Source of the DNA: a virus
Lineage: Duplodnaviria; Caudoviricetes
Virus record (IMG/VR): IMGVR_UViG_3300024999_000126
Coordinates: 1 to 56,190 of that record
Reading direction: 5' to 3' (one strand)
Length of the DNA stretch: 56,190 nt
The position numbers and the translations under genes are program-made. This document shows, piece after piece, positions 37,970 to 47,945 of this stretch (position 1 is the stretch's first letter; the number at the start of each line of letters is the position of its first letter). A model generated the notes under the pieces. The model worked only from the letters and a program-made list of their open reading frames with translations, made no database searches and was not told the origin of the DNA.

Positions 37970-40882
37970 CTACACCTCCTCGTCGAAGTCAACTTGTATA
38001 AAGTTTAAATCGACTGTTACTCCGTAAAACAATTCTTCAACAGGCAAGCGAGTAAGAACACAAAATATCTTCTTACCTCGTTTATCTCGTACGCACAATG
38101 TTGCTTCTCTATTATAAAGAGTTTTTAGTGTTTCAAAATCAGTATTTGAACTAAACAAAGCTGAAACAATTGAAAAAGTATATTCTTTCGCGTCTCCAAA
38201 GACAGCTACTGGATACTGCCTTCCAGCAGGTTTCAAGAAACGTACATCATGTTCAAACATTTCTTTTGGTTGAGAATCTGCAAGAGCTAAAATCTTTAAA
38301 GCTGTCAATTCTGGGTCTTCAGTATCATGCAGCCACACTCCAGTAAGCGTAATTTCTGCCAATTGAATAGTGCTAGCAGCAGTGCCGTAAGTAACTGCTA
38401 CTGCTACTACCTTATAATCATAGTCAATGTCGCTTGCAACCGCGTAATCATAGTAAGTAGCATTTACAGCAAGCTCAGTTGCGATACGCTCCCAGGCGGC
38501 GGGCGAGATTCGCCGGTACAGGTTGTTATACAAAAGCTCGGCTACAACTGGAATATCAAACGCATCTACGTATACGTTATAGCCACTTGCTGATGCATTC
38601 TTGGTGCCCGCAACCTCGACCTTAATCGTGTGTTCGCTGGCGCTGAGCCCCGTCTTAGTATATACGGCTTCCTGGTTCAATACTTCAAGGCTGTACAGGT
38701 CGACATCCTGCTGGTAAACATCATCTATATAGACTTTGGCGATGCCGGCGCTTACCGACTTGCGAGAAATCCATGTTACCGCGGTGCCGTTAAATGTGAA
38801 AATAGCAGTGCTGCTAGTCATGGCCGAATATTCGGCTGAGTTCCCACTTAGGCTTGAGCCCGATGCTGTTTCCCAAGTCCCGGCATAGACAACGGCTGTA
38901 TCGTCTTGTTCGTAGCGTCCGTCCGCATCCCACGCCGGGTTAGTTATCTCAAGCTTTATCCGCCCTTGAGAGGCCTGCTCAGTAATCGCCAGTGTCGGCG
39001 TAGCAGGCTCTATAAAGTCGGTCGCAAAAGCCACCTCGTCGGTGTCGGATTGCCCGTATGTGTCCCATGCCGTCACCTCGACGACATAGGCCGTGTTGTT
39101 TTCCAGAAGCGTGGCAAAAGTATATGTCCCATCGGTACCGGATACCTCGCCGCTTGATTCCAATAAGCTTGATTTGCTTGCTGTATAAAGCTTGGCTTGA
39201 TATTTTGATTGAGCCTGGGATTCCGGGTCTGAGTAATCCCACTCTACCGTTACGATTCCTTGCGTGTAGTCGGTAATAGCCGATGGAGAAGTGATGGCCA
39301 CGGTTGGAGGTGTGCCGCACTTGAACGCGGCGAGCTGTGAGTATGGTCCCCACCCACCATACGTATCTTTAGTCCTAACTTTCCACTGATACGCCACGCC
39401 GTTGACGAAGGTGGCGGCTGTAACATCCCGGTATTGGGTGGATGTCGCAACCTCGCCAGTATCGAGAATAGTCGCGCCATCTGCCACCCGGTAAAATATC
39501 GCCTGATACGATACCTGCGCGTCGCCCTCGGGGTCGTTGTGTGTCCAGGAAAAGCGCTTGGTATCGCCCGCGTCGAATATCTCGTTTGAGTCGGGAGATA
39601 GCGCAGTCGGCGCAGTAGGCACCGTACCGTAATTGACGACGAGCTTAGGGCGCAAGCTCGTGTCGCTGGCGTAGTTGTTTGAGCAAAATCCCGCCCAGTA
39701 AAACTGGCTACTTGAGCCTTGATAGGCGTTGAGATACACGCCGTAATTAGAGTATGTCCCGGCTTTCCACGCCGCAACCAGAGCGGTGATACTGACCGTT
39801 CGCCAGGTGCCAAACGTTGCCTGGCTCGTCTGCATCGTCGTGCTGGTCGCCCCATCGTTTGCCGGTTTATTGTTCCAAGTGACGGTACCTTCCGCCCAGT
39901 CTGCGGTAATGCGCTGGACGTAGTAATCAAGTGTAACCGAGTTGTTGTTCCAGTTGTGATACAGGCTCAAATCAGCCGAGTTGATAGTCTGCCCCGCCGG
40001 GATGCTTGAGAGGTCAAACTTGATAAGACCATGGCCGCAATAACCAGCATGCGAGCACATAAAAAGGTCAACCGTGCTCCCGTAGTTCGAGTTCACATAG
40101 ATATCCTGCTCTAGTACATAGGCGTCCGCGCTCGACGGCTGTATCGTCGCGGTCGTCGGGTCGATTACAACCGGGTATGCCCTATCACTTGCCTTTAACC
40201 AGGCCTCATCTACTGCTAAAGTTAGCTCATAAGCCTCCCCCGCTTTGGTGAGCGTTGAGACTAACGGGCCCCTTACCCCAGCTGCATCCTCTACAAACGG
40301 AGCCTGGATAATAAAGCTGTGCTCGCCCTCAATACCTTCTGCTGTAATTGAACTGTCCGGGTTCTCGGTTAGAGTTGTATTGTTTTCGGGGATAATCTCA
40401 AAAGTGTAGTTTTTTGGCGCGTTCTTGTTTGTGAGTATAAGTTCTTCTTTTATCCCATCAGGTAAGCTGTAGTAATTGACGTCAACCATCGGGAAAGGCT
40501 TAATATACTTTATCATACTACCAATTCGATTAGCTGAGATTGAAGCTGGTGAATTGATAGCTTTCTTTAAACGCCACAATATTCTTGCAGCATGCGCCTC
40601 TCCAACTTCAAAGACGTGATAGCCATCTGATTTTTCCGCCGCCATCCATTTGTAAGGAGCTTTTTCTACCGCAAAAGCTAACGCGATATCAGCTTTTCCG
40701 CTCCTCTTAAACGCTTGTGCCTTAGCTTGAATAGCTGTATTGATAGGCTGAAACTTACCTGCCTTGTCTTTGTAGTTTACTGCATGAGAAAATATCTCAG
40801 CTTCAATACTTCCATTATCCAATAGGTAATGACGGCTAGTCTCTGTTCTTTTGTTAGCAAGCTCCATTATTCGTTTTGCCAT
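37970..40882 (-). CDS. Large distal-tail-type protein with WapA/RHS-like N-terminus, DNRLRE domain, FN3-like repeats and a CBM-like insert
   Basis: Directly after TMP; YPVVIDPT, DAYV...NYG...LIKFDLSSIP...A.L.LY...RPKLVVNY; C-terminal GR.YPVAVFG and CVRD.RG.K. Confidence 0.7.
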   Translation of the reverse strand: MAKRIMELANKRTETSRHYLLDNGSIEAEIFSHAVNYKDKAGKFQPINTAIQAKAQAFKRSGKADIALAFAVEKAPYKWMAAEKSDGYHVFEVGEAHAARILWRLKKAINSPASISANRIGSMIKYIKPFPMVDVNYYSLPDGIKEELILTNKNAPKNYTFEIIPENNTTLTENPDSSITAEGIEGEHSFIIQAPFVEDAAGVRGPLVSTLTKAGEAYELTLAVDEAWLKASDRAYPVVIDPTTATIQPSSADAYVLEQDIYVNSNYGSTVDLFMCSHAGYCGHGLIKFDLSSIPAGQTINSADLSLYHNWNNNSVTLDYYVQRITADWAEGTVTWNNKPANDGATSTTMQTSQATFGTWRTVSITALVAAWKAGTYSNYGVYLNAYQGSSSQFYWAGFCSNNYASDTSLRPKLVVNYGTVPTAPTALSPDSNEIFDAGDTKRFSWTHNDPEGDAQVSYQAIFYRVADGATILDTGEVATSTQYRDVTAATFVNGVAYQWKVRTKDTYGGWGPYSQLAAFKCGTPPTVAITSPSAITDYTQGIVTVEWDYSDPESQAQSKYQAKLYTASKSSLLESSGEVSGTDGTYTFATLLENNTAYVVEVTAWDTYGQSDTDEVAFATDFIEPATPTLAITEQASQGRIKLEITNPAWDADGRYEQDDTAVVYAGTWETASGSSLSGNSAEYSAMTSSTAIFTFNGTAVTWISRKSVSAGIAKVYIDDVYQQDVDLYSLEVLNQEAVYTKTGLSASEHTIKVEVAGTKNASASGYNVYVDAFDIPVVAELLYNNLYRRISPAAWERIATELAVNATYYDYAVASDIDYDYKVVAVAVTYGTAASTIQLAEITLTGVWLHDTEDPELTALKILALADSQPKEMFEHDVRFLKPAGRQYPVAVFGDAKEYTFSIVSALFSSNTDFETLKTLYNREATLCVRDKRGKKIFCVLTRLPVEELFYGVTVDLNFIQVDFDEEV

Positions 40883-43210
40883 TTAGAGACTCCTTTGGGC
40901 TTGAGGTAATTGTTCAAATAATCTAATCATATCTTGTAATGATTTAATATTATCAGCTTCAATCGTTACATTATAAACATCATTAGAAACCTTGTTATAA
41001 CTCGACGAAGAACCCGAAGAAGTACTCATTAAACTTGGAACTTGAATACTCATTCCCGAATATGCTTGCTCAATAGCTCTAATTCCACTTCTTACATTAT
41101 CAACTAGAGAAGGAGAGTGACGTGCCCAAGGATTTAACTTATTGATTAACGGTACAACATTAGCGTTAAACCAATCTTTAAGTCTAGAAAAAGTACTCTT
41201 CATTCCATCCCATAGCTCTTGAAAGATTGACTTACCCCATGAATAAGCTTTACCTGGCAAATCGGCTAAAGCTGAAACTATACTACTTATCTTAGCAACA
41301 GCTTCCGTCTTTATCTCTGAAGCTTTTGTAATAATTGAGCTCTTAATACTGTTCCAAGACTCTATAGCTTTTGCTTTTATGTTGCTCCATACTGCAAGAA
41401 GAGTTTCTGGAAGTTTCTGGAACCAAGCAATTATTCCGTTCACTAAATCAGGAATAATAGAATGCCCAACTAGCGTATTGTATAATGTTTTAAAGAAATC
41501 TATGATTCCCGTAACAAACCCACCTACAAGACCGATAACTGCATCTTTTATACCAGAAAAGAATGTCTTTACTCCAGTCCACAGAGCTTCCCAGCTTTTC
41601 TTTACTTGTTGCATATCTCCAGTAAACAAACCAATAATTATACCAACAAAACCAGAAAAAGCTGTAATTGCTCCAGACAGCATCTTTGCTATTCCACCAA
41701 TAGCGCTTACTACGCCTTTCCATAAGCCAAGGAAGATTCCAATTGCTACTGCTAAAACTCCTCCAAGCACTACAGCTAATACTTTTAATAGAGGCAATAC
41801 TGGTTCCAAAGCAAGCTTTAATGTTCCCCAGGCTTCAGATAATTGTTTTCCAAGACTTCCCCAGTCTATTCCAGCAAAGACGCTTAGTACTGCTTGAGCC
41901 AAAGCTAGTAAAATTGGACCAATAACTGCCCAAGCACTCGTCAAAGCATCTTTTACTATAGTAACGGTCTCACCGAATTTATAAAAATAATAAGACCAAG
42001 TTCCTACTACTGCTTCCGGGTCTCCCGTTCCCTTAATACCATCTATAAAGAAAGCCCAAGCTTCTCTTGCTATGCTTATTGCATTGGAAATAGCACTAAA
42101 AGCTTTTTCAATTGTTGCTTGAATTGCAGGCATATTTTTCTGGACAGTATCGGCAAACGAAGCAAGAACTGGTGCTAATTTCTCACCGAAATCAAGAAGC
42201 ATTACTTTTCCAGCAGCTTTAAGTTTGTCTAAAGAGCGCCCTACTCCCTCTTCCATTCTACCATAAGCAGCGTCAGTAGCTCCAGCAGAATTTTCCATTT
42301 CTTTGAGGTTAGCTGAAAACGTATCTGTTCCTTTTCCAGTTAATTGTAAAGCTGCTGCTCCAGCTTCAACACTACCAAACAAGTCGTTTATTCCTACTCC
42401 AGAATCTTTAGCATGCTTCTCTAATAGCTTCAAAGCATCTTGTGTGTTATTACCTTCAGCTATAAATTCTTTAAAGCTCTTACCCGCTATTTTTTCAAAC
42501 GTCTTAGAAGTCTCTCCTCCAGCTTTTGATAATTCATTGAGCATCTGTCTCATCTGTGTAGTTGCTACACTAGTTGGAGTTCCTTGTGCTGTCATTCCAG
42601 CTATAGCAGCTGTTACATCTTCAAACTTAACTCCCATAGCTGATGCAGTAGGAATTACCTGGAACAAAGATTGAGATAATTCCCCAAAAGTTGTCTTGCC
42701 TTTTTTAACAGCTGAAAACATTAGGTCTGATGCTTTGCCAGCACTAATTACATCAGAGCCATAAGCATTTACAACAGAAGAGATACCATCTACGGCTGTT
42801 TCTAACTCAGTAACTCCGCCAACCGCCGCTTTTTGAGCTACTTCTAAAAAACTAAACACATTATCGGGAGGAACTCCAGCAGAAATAGATTGATATAAAG
42901 CTGGCACTACTTTTTCGGGCAATACTCCAAATTCTTTAGCAAAGTCTTTTGTATCTTTTGTCATACCCTTCATTGCTTTGTTAGTAATGTCGGGCATGAG
43001 AGTAAAAACTTCATTCATTTGCCCTTCAAAATCTACAAATGCTTTAGTTCCAGCCACTCCAGCTCCAACAAAAGCAGCTCCAACCCCTAGAGCAGCACCC
43101 ATAGCAAGTTTACCAAATCCAAGAACTGTTGACTTGGCCATGTTTAGCTTTTCCGTAAAGCTATCTTTTAGTTCTAAAGGAATATACAACTCGCCAGCTT
43201 TTTCAGACAT
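40883..43210 (-). CDS. Tail tape measure protein (TP901-type)
   Basis: 775 aa, Ala/Gly-rich; ALYQ.ISAG, AAVGG.T, GKTTF.EL; Trp/Phe periodic repeats. Confidence 0.93.
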   Translation of the reverse strand: MSEKAGELYIPLELKDSFTEKLNMAKSTVLGFGKLAMGAALGVGAAFVGAGVAGTKAFVDFEGQMNEVFTLMPDITNKAMKGMTKDTKDFAKEFGVLPEKVVPALYQSISAGVPPDNVFSFLEVAQKAAVGGVTELETAVDGISSVVNAYGSDVISAGKASDLMFSAVKKGKTTFGELSQSLFQVIPTASAMGVKFEDVTAAIAGMTAQGTPTSVATTQMRQMLNELSKAGGETSKTFEKIAGKSFKEFIAEGNNTQDALKLLEKHAKDSGVGINDLFGSVEAGAAALQLTGKGTDTFSANLKEMENSAGATDAAYGRMEEGVGRSLDKLKAAGKVMLLDFGEKLAPVLASFADTVQKNMPAIQATIEKAFSAISNAISIAREAWAFFIDGIKGTGDPEAVVGTWSYYFYKFGETVTIVKDALTSAWAVIGPILLALAQAVLSVFAGIDWGSLGKQLSEAWGTLKLALEPVLPLLKVLAVVLGGVLAVAIGIFLGLWKGVVSAIGGIAKMLSGAITAFSGFVGIIIGLFTGDMQQVKKSWEALWTGVKTFFSGIKDAVIGLVGGFVTGIIDFFKTLYNTLVGHSIIPDLVNGIIAWFQKLPETLLAVWSNIKAKAIESWNSIKSSIITKASEIKTEAVAKISSIVSALADLPGKAYSWGKSIFQELWDGMKSTFSRLKDWFNANVVPLINKLNPWARHSPSLVDNVRSGIRAIEQAYSGMSIQVPSLMSTSSGSSSSYNKVSNDVYNVTIEADNIKSLQDMIRLFEQLPQAQRSL

Positions 43211-43552
43211 CTATTTCTCACCTGCCTTTCTCTTTAGCTCCATTGCTCTTGCGTGCATCTTTTCAAAGTTTGCAATCATCTCAATAGAACTCATCTGTCG
43301 CCCCTGACCTTTAATAAGTTTGTCAGGACTAATTATCTTCTTCGACCTTGACTGTACTGCTACCCATGTTGCATGTAATGCTAAAAGCGGTATCTCTTCT
43401 TTTCGTTGGTATTCTCTCCAACATTTAATGTCATCGTTTATTTCTCTTAAAGTTAGACTTAAGAACTCGTCGTCTGAGCTAACTCCTGACTTTCCGACTG
43501 CTCTACCCCAGAGATATCTGAGATATTTCCAGTCGATTTGGGCACGTTTCCC
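43211..43552 (-). CDS. Tail assembly chaperone T extension via programmed -1 frameshift
   Basis: Slippery G-GGA-AAC at 43552-43546; the -1 frame is open (RAQIDWKYL...EFLSLTLREI...) to TAG at 43213-43211, abutting the TMP ATG. Confidence 0.8.
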   Translation of the reverse strand, partial: GKRAQIDWKYLRYLWGRAVGKSGVSSDDEFLSLTLREINDDIKCWREYQRKEEIPLLALHATWVAVQSRSKKIISPDKLIKGQGRQMSSIEMIANFEKMHARAMELKRKAGEK

Positions 43553-43896
43553 TGACCATCCCCTTTACCCTCGGGCATAGATTCTGAAAGTGCTTCAAAT
43601 AACTGAATCGTTACAGGTTGCAAGTTGCTTAAATCAAGCATTGCTCCAGTATCTTCTAACGTAATTTCTGGATGATTAGACTTAAGCCCTATATAAAACA
43701 GAAACTTTACATCTGAAATACTAGGAGACTTTCCTTCTGCCGTCCAAATAGATAGGGCATCTTCAAAGTTACCGTATTTTTCTTCTAGCAATTCCATTGA
43801 ATTTAAGTCATATCTTAAGAAAAACTGTTCACCATCGATATCAACAGGATAGCTTTTCTTTCTTTTTAATTCTGATATTTTACTGTTCACAAACAA
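43459..43896 (-). CDS. Tail assembly chaperone G
   Basis: Lies between tube and TMP; LRYDLN.M..LE..YG. Confidence 0.8.
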   Translation of the reverse strand: MFVNSKISELKRKKSYPVDIDGEQFFLRYDLNSMELLEEKYGNFEDALSIWTAEGKSPSISDVKFLFYIGLKSNHPEITLEDTGAMLDLSNLQPVTIQLFEALSESMPEGKGDGQGNVPKSTGNISDISGVEQSESQELAQTTSS

Positions 43897-43907
43897 TCAT
43901 TCCTCTC

Positions 43908-44324
43908 TTATGATGCCGGCTCGTCGTATGTAATTGCACCAGATACAACAAATGCAACTTCAAACGTTACCTTGTCATCAACTTCAGCTGAACCAGGCTG
44001 GAATGTCTTTACAAACCCATCACATGTAAATCCATAGCCATCAGGATACACAATTACAATCTCGTCAACTGTTTGGTTTTGCATAGCAGTTCTGAGACTC
44101 TTTTGACCGAGGTCACTAGGAATATAATTTCCAGAACAGCTAAACTCTCCCGGATCGATAATCCCTGGTATCTTCTCGCGATATGCTCCTGAATCGTGAG
44201 ACGTAACATCTACTACTTCTGATTCCGAACTTGGTGCACCGATAGATGCTAATTCTGCAATAACCACTCCTGCAAAGCTAAGAGAAGTTCCTCTTGGGAC
44301 TGCTGCTAACGACAATTTAATCAC
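43908..44324 (-). CDS. Major tail tube protein
   Basis: DVTSHDS..YRE.IPG.IDPGE, GFVK.F, VSGA; ends in ...EPAS. Confidence 0.88.
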   Translation of the reverse strand: MIKLSLAAVPRGTSLSFAGVVIAELASIGAPSSESEVVDVTSHDSGAYREKIPGIIDPGEFSCSGNYIPSDLGQKSLRTAMQNQTVDEIVIVYPDGYGFTCDGFVKTFQPGSAEVDDKVTFEVAFVVSGAITYDEPAS

Positions 44325-44360
44325 CCTTTCAAGTAAACTACATATATGTCTCGAGGTTGT

Positions 44361-44441
44361 CAGGTTAACTCTGAGCTACGTTCTTATGTTAAGTAATCCA
44401 TCTATATACTAAGCTTATCTATGTCCTCCAGAGTTAACCTG
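44361..44441. repeat. 81-bp symmetric intergenic element
   Basis: Perfect 13-bp arms CAGGTTAACTCTG/CAGAGTTAACCTG, central CTATATAC. Confidence 0.65.
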
Positions 44442-44451
44442 GTGAATTGTA

Positions 44452-44727
44452 TTACTTACTAAGCACTTCAACATTACCCCGCTTAAGCTCCTCTCTGTCT
44501 CTCTTGTTCAAACTAGAGAACTTTTGCAGAGCTTTAAGCTTAATGTATACTGCCGTATTTCCAATCTCTCTTCTTTCATCATCTGTCAATGTTGCTAATT
44601 TTGCTTGCCTGTCTTCTTCAGTTAAACAACCCTCAAATAATCCAGCATACTTATTTACAATTTCATTTACATACTCTTCATTCGAGACTTGCTTAGCTTC
44701 TTTTATCTTCTTATCTAACTTCCCCAC
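44452..44727 (-). CDS. Hypothetical protein inserted in the tail operon
   Basis: AAGGAGG RBS; no family recognised. Confidence 0.55.
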   Translation of the reverse strand: MGKLDKKIKEAKQVSNEEYVNEIVNKYAGLFEGCLTEEDRQAKLATLTDDERREIGNTAVYIKLKALQKFSSLNKRDREELKRGNVEVLSK

Positions 44728-44738
44728 TTAGACCTCCT

Positions 44739-45152
44739 TTAAAGTTTCTGTGTCAGTACTTTATAATCTGCATGTCTGTGATAGTTTACATTTTCACTAA
44801 CAATAATGTCAGGGTCCGATACTGGACCTCGTACTCTAGTTATCATTAAGCAAGTATCATTGTCTAAAGCTATAATCTTGCCATGAAGAACTAAATCTAT
44901 TTCATCAAATATCTCTTCAGCATCATAATAGCTATTAGCATAGACTGACACTTGCCTTACTACATCTTCGTATCTAGAAGCATGAGTATCACTAGGAATA
45001 CTTGATACGTCAAAAATACAAATATAAGGCTTTATTGCTCCTTTCGGTGCCGAACCAACAAAGACAGATGGGTCACTTAAAAACTCAGTTATTAAAGAAG
45101 TAACCCCACTATCACCAGCCAAAGCCGCTTGTAGTCCTTTAGAAATTGACAC
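44739..45152 (-). CDS. Tail terminator/completion protein (DUF3168-like)
   Basis: L..AL, AP.GA..PYI, QV.VY; gene order. Confidence 0.75.
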   Translation of the reverse strand: MSISKGLQAALAGDSGVTSLITEFLSDPSVFVGSAPKGAIKPYICIFDVSSIPSDTHASRYEDVVRQVSVYANSYYDAEEIFDEIDLVLHGKIIALDNDTCLMITRVRGPVSDPDIIVSENVNYHRHADYKVLTQKL

Positions 45153-45572
45153 TTAAATCAAGTCCTTTCCTAGCTCCTTCACAATCTCTGCCTTCTTATT
45201 AGCAATAGCTGGTCTAAGAGTTGGTCTAGGAGCAATATGCCCATCTGATGTGCCAAACTCTAGCCAATAAAACCTCTTATCTTTACCACCAATATAGCCC
45301 TTAGTCGTTAGCCCTATCCCTTGTTCAACTTTGTTTGTTATTCTACTTCGTAACGAGCCAGTATCTGATGCAAAAGGACTACCAGGAGAAGACGCTTGAT
45401 GAACAACTCTTCTACGATGATAAATTTTACCAGTGCCTTTTTGAGAAGATAATCGCTTAGCTTCAGTAACAGCAATTAACGTTGCTCTTTTCATATTAGC
45501 TAATGCGTTTATTTTCATTTTTACAAGTATAGATTTTCCGTGCCACTTAAAATCAAAGTCTTTATTTGCCAT
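45153..45572 (-). CDS. HK97 gp10-like neck protein
   Basis: AS.PG..FA.DTG.LR, LEFGT, APRP.LRPA. Confidence 0.85.
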   Translation of the reverse strand: MANKDFDFKWHGKSILVKMKINALANMKRATLIAVTEAKRLSSQKGTGKIYHRRRVVHQASSPGSPFASDTGSLRSRITNKVEQGIGLTTKGYIGGKDKRFYWLEFGTSDGHIAPRPTLRPAIANKKAEIVKELGKDLI

Positions 45573-45580
45573 AACACCAC

Positions 45581-45928
45581 CTACAAAGCTAATATTGTAT
45601 TTGTAGCATTAGAATCTCTAGTACAGCTTGCCTCAAAAATAGTGTCTAGTACTTTTTCTGGAACATCTACCCTGTATGCGCTCGTTCCGTCAAAGACAAT
45701 ATCTCTAAATTGCAAATCAAAGTAACTAGAACAAAAAAACTTTTTATCAGGAAAATTATCAGGTCTGTTACCTGAAATAAACTGTAAAGCTTTTGCAAAA
45801 TTAAAAGCCTTATCTAGTCTTCCCCAAATTCTACCAACGAGAGTTAATGTACGAGTTATTTCACCATCAACAAGGACTTCTACCTCACGATAAATAGAAT
45901 ATTTATTTCTAAACGTGTTCGAACTCAT
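45581..45928 (-). CDS. Head closure/head-tail adaptor protein
   Basis: Gene order, size, and D.V..G..Y.V pattern. Confidence 0.6.
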   Translation of the reverse strand: MSSNTFRNKYSIYREVEVLVDGEITRTLTLVGRIWGRLDKAFNFAKALQFISGNRPDNFPDKKFFCSSYFDLQFRDIVFDGTSAYRVDVPEKVLDTIFEASCTRDSNATNTILAL

Positions 45929-45939
45929 ACTATCACCCC

Positions 45940-46503
45940 CTAAAACTTTGGTCGTCTAAATAACGCTAATATTGCTGCTACTTGTCGAGGAACAGCTATT
46001 CCTTCTAAATTAACAGAAGAATCTCCTGCTTTTTCTGAAAGCACTCTAGGGTCTCTGTGATAATAAGTATCTGAAGCCCACAGTTTAACCGCTCTCTTAA
46101 GCGAAGGAAGAATCCTTGTTAAATAGTTGTACTCAATATCCATACCGCCAGTATAAGTAACTTCATACTTATTAGTTCCTGTTCCCCACTCAGAGTCATG
46201 AGTAAGTATGCCTAAAATATAATCAATTTTGTAGTCATACGAACTTACTACTATCTCATTAACGCTGTCATAAACCTCAAAATCAGCTTCTTCATCGATG
46301 GGATAATGTGATAAAAATAACTTAGTTCTATTCCCTTGAGCAGTTTGTTTCTCTACTAGTTCTTCAGAAACAACATTTCGCTTTAGAATTAACGAGAGCA
46401 ACCCTTCTATTTCCTCAAGAATTTCAACCAAAGTAGAGTCTTCGTCAGAATGCTCAATCCTTAAATATCGCTTAAATTCTGCTAGACCCAAGATATTTGC
46501 CAT
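45940..46503 (-). CDS. Head-tail connector protein (gp6-like)
   Basis: L.E.K.YLRI...ED..L, LSHYPI, VTYTGG, Y..R, P..V..IL..FR. Confidence 0.85.
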   Translation of the reverse strand: MANILGLAEFKRYLRIEHSDEDSTLVEILEEIEGLLSLILKRNVVSEELVEKQTAQGNRTKLFLSHYPIDEEADFEVYDSVNEIVVSSYDYKIDYILGILTHDSEWGTGTNKYEVTYTGGMDIEYNYLTRILPSLKRAVKLWASDTYYHRDPRVLSEKAGDSSVNLEGIAVPRQVAAILALFRRPKF

Positions 46504-47945
46504 TATTCTTCTCCCTCAACTCTTTTCTTGAGCTCTTCTATCGACATATCAGCTGGCTTACTTTCGCCCTCTCTAACAAACGGCATTTCTTGCCCTTTTG
46601 GCTCTTCCTTTTTTGCTTCTTTTCGTTCCTTCATTTCCTTCTTAATAGCATCACATACGGCTTTTTCATCCGTCATTTGCTCTTCTGTAAGATGCTTGCT
46701 CAAGTCTATCTCTTTCTTGCCAACAATAACTATGAGTTCTTCAAGGCTTAAGCTATTTAAACTCTTCTTTTTAGGCTTTGTTTTTGGCTTACTCAAAGCG
46801 TCTTCTTTAGTGATAACAGTTTCTGCTTTAAGCTCTTTAACTAATCCCAACCTTATAGCTTCTACCATTGGAAGCCTTCTGTTCCTCCCGTATAATAGCC
46901 TACCAGTTACCGGGTCAATAACTCTCTTTTTAGTAACAAACCACTTTGACTCAGACATGCTGATTAACTCCCTCCTAAGTTTAACTTTAATTGCTCTATC
47001 TATTAGCTCATCAAACAAAGGTTTATCGCTATCAATTGTTTCTAGCAATCTCATATCCTCTGTTATAATGGGTAGTTTATCTTTAAGGCTTTTTAAATAC
47101 TCCACTTCAAAGCTTTCAGCTACTATCCCCCATTTCCCTTCGTACATTTTTCTCGTGTTACCAGGATTAACTCCAATTACTGGAATGCCAGCAGCTAAAT
47201 AATCCCATGTTTTATTCTGCCTTCCAGTTTGAGTATAGTCAAATGATGCCTTTGGCACATCTTCTTTGTTATATCCCTGAATCCCTGCAGTGTACTGACT
47301 TAAATCAACTAGGAGTTCGTTATAGGGTAATGGGTTATGACAAATACAACCTATCTCGATGTATTCTGGATAACAGCTTGTCGAATTGTGAGAATAAATA
47401 TGAACATTCCATCCTGCTGCTATAAAGGACTTAAAGATATTTCTAAAAGACCTATATCCATACAATCCATTTCTTCTACTCCAGAAGTTAATCCCTCCTG
47501 CATAAACCAAATTTAGTCCCTCTAGCTTAGGCTTTAATTCAAAGCTTATATCTTTCTTAAGCGGTCTCAAATGAATCACTTTTGAGAGAGGAACTTTATA
47601 ACCTAAGCTAGTAAAATAGTCTAAGTGGTCTTCAGTTACAAATACTAAACCAGCTGCATTCTCAACCATCTCTTTTTCAAAAGGATGTTGTTTACCCTGC
47701 CTCATTGAATAAATATCGCTTGCTATTAAGATGTAGGGAATACCTAGAGATAAGGGAATACGATAATGGTCTGCCGAATCACCTCGTACAAATACTAAAT
47801 CTGGTTTATACTTGGCTAATCGTAAAGCAACATTGTCTTCGTTAGTATTTATTATCAATCCACCGTACGTCTCTTGCAAGAACGTGTAGTACTTGTAAAC
47901 GCTGCCAACCATCATTTTTAAGTTGTGAATATATGCTAGTTTCAT
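46503..47945 (-). CDS. Glycosyltransferase-like (GT-B) protein with a C-terminal GRLLYGR module and charged tail
   Basis: KPDLVF, LVYAGG, GW.VHIY, NK.WDYLAAGIPV. Confidence 0.75.
   Translation of the reverse strand: MKLAYIHNLKMMVGSVYKYYTFLQETYGGLIINTNEDNVALRLAKYKPDLVFVRGDSADHYRIPLSLGIPYILIASDIYSMRQGKQHPFEKEMVENAAGLVFVTEDHLDYFTSLGYKVPLSKVIHLRPLKKDISFELKPKLEGLNLVYAGGINFWSRRNGLYGYRSFRNIFKSFIAAGWNVHIYSHNSTSCYPEYIEIGCICHNPLPYNELLVDLSQYTAGIQGYNKEDVPKASFDYTQTGRQNKTWDYLAAGIPVIGVNPGNTRKMYEGKWGIVAESFEVEYLKSLKDKLPIITEDMRLLETIDSDKPLFDELIDRAIKVKLRRELISMSESKWFVTKKRVIDPVTGRLLYGRNRRLPMVEAIRLGLVKELKAETVITKEDALSKPKTKPKKKSLNSLSLEELIVIVGKKEIDLSKHLTEEQMTDEKAVCDAIKKEMKERKEAKKEEPKGQEMPFVREGESKPADMSIEELKKRVEGEE

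Noticed and set aside
31645-40882. Diversity-generating retroelement targeting tail adhesins
   Set aside because: No reverse transcriptase ORF and no template/variable repeat pair with adenine-specific mismatches were seen.
43211-43896. -1 frameshift in the tail chaperone as a novelty
   Set aside because: This is the standard G/GT mechanism of long-tailed phages; listed only as a feature.
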